From: Eledone cirrhosa
Taxonomy: Eukaryota
Reading direction: 5' to 3'
DNA: 64,000 bases
Assembly: GCA_964016885.1 (NCBI GenBank)
Contig: OZ024740.1
Coordinates: 55,056,001-55,120,000, forward strand
Positions within the stretch are counted from its first letter, which is position 1. Each line of letters opens with the position of its first letter. The position numbers and the translations under genes are program-made. Of the stretch, positions 59,815 to 64,000 are shown one piece after another. A model generated the notes under the pieces. That model saw nothing but the letters and a program-made list of their open reading frames with translations. It did no database searches and had not been told where the DNA came from.

Positions 59815-60462
59815 ATATATATTTATATATATATATATATATACATAAATATATATATGTATACATATATGTATGTGTATAAATATATATGTGTGTGTGT
59901 GTGTGTGTGTAGATAGCGAGAGAGACAAAAAAAGATCGAGAAGAGATAGAGGGATAGAAAGAGAGAGAAGACACAGAAATAGATGTTAGACATGAGATAT
60001 GGAGGGAAGTATGGATAGATGATTGTGAGCGTGGCTAGGTCAGGGATGGTTGAATGAATGGTGGGATACATGGATGAATGGATGCTATTATTGGATGGAT
60101 AGATAAAAGAGTGGATATAAAGTTGAATAGATGGATTGGTTGTTGAATGACCGTATGGATTGTTGGATAGAAAGGGGATAGATTAATGGATGGGCGGATG
60201 ATAAGATTACAGATTGATAGATATCATTGTAGAAGAAATAAAGGGTCACAAAATTTTGTAAACATTTTGGGTTAGTATATTTTCCGTTTGTTGTTGATTT
60301 AATTAGTGAAATATACTAAACATTCCAGTAATCTGTGACATAAAAGACAGGACAGCGGACGAACAAATACAAAAATAATGAAAATAAAAACACAACGTGA
60401 AAAGGAAATGCAAAGGAAGATGGTGCTGACGGTGGAATGGCACCCTGTGCGTATGTGTGTGC

Positions 60463-60579
<117 letters not shown>

Positions 60580-60977
60580 TGTGTGTGTTTGGTAATAAGC
60601 TAACGAGGGAGATAACAAGGCAATCAGAAGTCTGTCTATCTTGAAAGTTGTTTAAAAAAGGAAGGTGTTGTAGATAAGGGGAATAGGTCTGGAGTAGCAA
60701 AAAGCAAACAAAAAAATCAATTTGTATGAAATAAAGGACAAGAGATATAGAGATGAGATGGTGGAAGAAGGAGGATGAAACAAAAGGCATGGTAGGGCCC
60801 AATGGTGTGGAAAGCAAGACAAAAAGAAAGGTAGTCAGATTTCGGAGAAGAATGAGAAAGAAGAGCTGAGTGTGAGTGAGTGATAGAAATAGAAAGAAAG
60901 ATTATAGAGTGAGAAAGGGGCGACCGCGGAATACAAAACTATTGTGTCAAGAAAACAAATGCTATTTAACAATATTA

Positions 60978-61043
<66 letters not shown>

Positions 61044-61051
61044 GCTGCTGC

Positions 61052-61082
<31 letters not shown>

Positions 61083-61102
61083 ACTACTACTACTACTACT
61101 AT

Positions 61103-61201
<99 letters not shown>

Positions 61202-61203
61202 TG

Positions 61204-61295
<92 letters not shown>

Positions 61296-61317
61296 TCTTC
61301 TTCTGCTGCTGCTGCTG

Positions 61318-61369
<52 letters not shown>

Positions 61370-61397
61370 CACTCAATCGTCTTACTACTACTACTAC
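60978..61397. repeat. Higher-order trinucleotide repeat [(ACT)n(GCT)n(TCT)(GCT)n] x3
   Basis: Read directly. Confidence 0.9.
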
Positions 61398-61512
61398 TCA
61401 ATCGTCTTATGCTGTTCAAATCCTCACCTTCTCCCACCCATGACTGGTCACCCCATTGTCTCCTTTTGTGTTTCAACCAGCCAGCCAGCCAGCCAGCTAC
61501 CCGGATTATTTT

Positions 61513-61720
61513 GGTTGTTGTTTAGCCATAGGTCAGCTCTGATTGAGTAGAGACCTTTGTTCAAAGCTGTTCCATTCGTAAATATACCCCTCCATCAATC
61601 AGCTTTTGGAGAGAAGTTTGTCTATGTAGGACTAAATTATCTAGTATATTCATTTCTCATTTAGAAAGGCAGAGTGCGATTTTAGGAATATTTTAAAGAG
61701 AATTCTAACATCTCGTGTGG
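61513..61720 (+). mobile_element. Old interspersed repeat (GTTGTTTAGCC..GGTCAGC..CTGAT head)
   Basis: Similar decayed heads at ~60-260, 10487-10790 (two), 31255-31470 and, inverted, ~14620-14770 and 38130-38335. Confidence 0.5.
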
Positions 61721-62245
61721 CAAAGAAGACGCTGTATTTTTTTACTGTTGCAGTTCTTTATACTTAGTTCAACCCTAATTCTGCCGACCTATTATGAATA
61801 ATATAATTGTGGCCAGGCAAGTTATCAAATCAGGTTAGATCTCTGGACATCACATGGGAATTATTTGGTTTCATGTATTTGGCGATCATTGGTAGATATT
61901 TAGCTCAGGAAACATTGATTAAATGTTGGGCCCAAGTCGTTTCGGCTTTTTAAAGTTTAATGTCAAATACCGAACAAATAACCTCTGATTATCATCTATC
62001 TGGTATCAATGAGATAGAGTACAAGTCAGGTACTGAATAAATTTAATCGATTAATCATTCATCAACATTTCTGACTTTGTACTTATGTTAGAAATAACTA
62101 TTTTTGCAGTTTTGTCTACAGACGCATTTTACAGCAGCACCGTGAATGTTTGGAAGCTAGGGGGAGTAAAACCAACTTGAAATCCCGCCCCACCGTATCA
62201 ACACTAGAATTATGTAGTACCATATACATTATATCCTCCCTCATA

Positions 62246-62309
<64 letters not shown>

Positions 62310-62757
62310 CATATATGGATCAAAGAGCAGAATCCAGGGAGGCTACTGATGCCATGCATCAGTCAAATTTGTAGTTATTGATAGTGTAGATTTTTTTATT
62401 TGTTTTTAAAAAGCTCGAATGCTACAAGCAAATAAATAAATATGAATAAATAAATAATTTACAATTCACAACGGCTGCATTTGTTTGTATCTATTCATAA
62501 CATCTCTCACGCTCAAACACCTCAAATATAATTAGTAATATAGAAAGCAAGGATTAAAGAAAAAGAAAAGAAAGATTTTGGGCATGTAATACATATATTT
62601 CTATGTATATACTACATTTGCCTAAAAGTAATAGCGAAAGAAAAACATTATATTCCACAAAGGCTATAAGGATTCGCCGCTCATATATAAGCTCCTATAT
62701 TTATGAAAATATTTTAAAGTCTACATCGACCACAACCTCTCACCTTCACTCTGCGCG

Positions 62758-62859
<102 letters not shown>

Positions 62860-63437
62860 ATACTGAAACGTAGTCATCGAATAGGACCGATATACCTTCG
62901 ATCGTTTCCCCATTCAGTCAATGCTTTAATTAAGACTGTATCATTAAGATACATTAATACACATACACATACACATACATACATCCATAATACATTGATA
63001 ATTATACACATACATATATACACACATGCATACGCATGAGTGTGTGTGTGTGTGTGTGTGTGTGCTTGTGTTCTAGTCATCGTTTTTTTTCTTTGCTTTC
63101 GTTATTATCATTATTACGATTAATTTTTTTTTGTTAATATGTGTTTATACCCGTCGTCAATTTTCACCCCTATTTTAATTATTTCCCCCTTCCGCCACCC
63201 TCTACATCCTCCCACTTTAAACCCTCTTCTCCTTCTCCACCACCCACCTTCAGTCGCATATACCCCTTCATTCACCTCTAAACCTCTGCGACAACCACTG
63301 TAAAATGTGAACGCCTATCTCCCACTTCATAATACGTCTAGCACCAACCATTGTGTTACCGCTATGAACAACAGCAAACAAAGTAAAAAATACTACTACA
63401 ACAATAACAACAACAACAACTACTACTACTACTACTG

Positions 63438-63489
<52 letters not shown>

Positions 63490-63664
63490 GGCTGCTAGTG
63501 GTGCTGCTACTGCAACTACTGCGACTGCTGATTCTACTCATCCAAGATCATCAATTCACTTCACCCTCTCTTTCTCTACATGAACGGTTTGACTTATGGC
63601 AGTGATGGTGGTGGTGATGGTGGTGTGGTGGTGGTAGTAGTATTAGTAGTAGTAATATTAGAAA

Positions 63665-63724
<60 letters not shown>

Positions 63725-64000
63725 AAATTGTAGTGGTGGTGATGTAGTTGGCGATGGTGGTGTGTGTGTGTGTGTGTTGGTTGGTTGGGGGTTGTGGTAA
63801 TGTTGGTGGAGTGGTTTAGAAGTAGCGGTAATGCAGCTAATAATGGTGCCTGTTATACCTACTGCTCTGCAGCAACAACAGCAACAACAAGGCCAACAAA
63901 TTCAACAACCACTCCCTTCCCAACACCACATCCGTACACCCGTATCCCATCACAACTCGACATCAACACTGACAGGGCAAAAGCAGCAGCACACTATCAC

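Overview
AT-rich, microsatellite-saturated, non-coding animal DNA. The SINE, MITE and LINE families resemble octopod cephalopod repeats (recognised from memory, not checked against a database). I found no host protein-coding exon. Almost every ORF in the track is a translated (TA)n, (CA)n, (GA)n or trinucleotide repeat. The only real coding sequence is 5'-truncated non-LTR retrotransposon: RTE (21.5 kb and 43.4 kb), R4/Dong-like RLE fused head-to-head to an L1/Tx1-like 3' end (29.0-30.05 kb), and a CRE-like RLE fragment next to (CAT)n (50.3 kb). There are at least three tRNA-type SINE families, one forming a 4-copy tandem array. The main signal is a set of short non-coding cassettes in (TA)n tracts. 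They carry type I hammerhead ribozymes (three canonical cores, one U3-A8 compensatory variant, several truncated or decayed copies) and most are folded back into long palindromes. They look like Penelope pseudo-LTR or retrozyme-like mini-elements from several families. One inversion ends 1 nt from the predicted cleavage site. Weaker candidates are a recursive-splice (AG|GTAAGT) site, a TGACA-clustered enhancer and a CRE-containing promoter-like segment.
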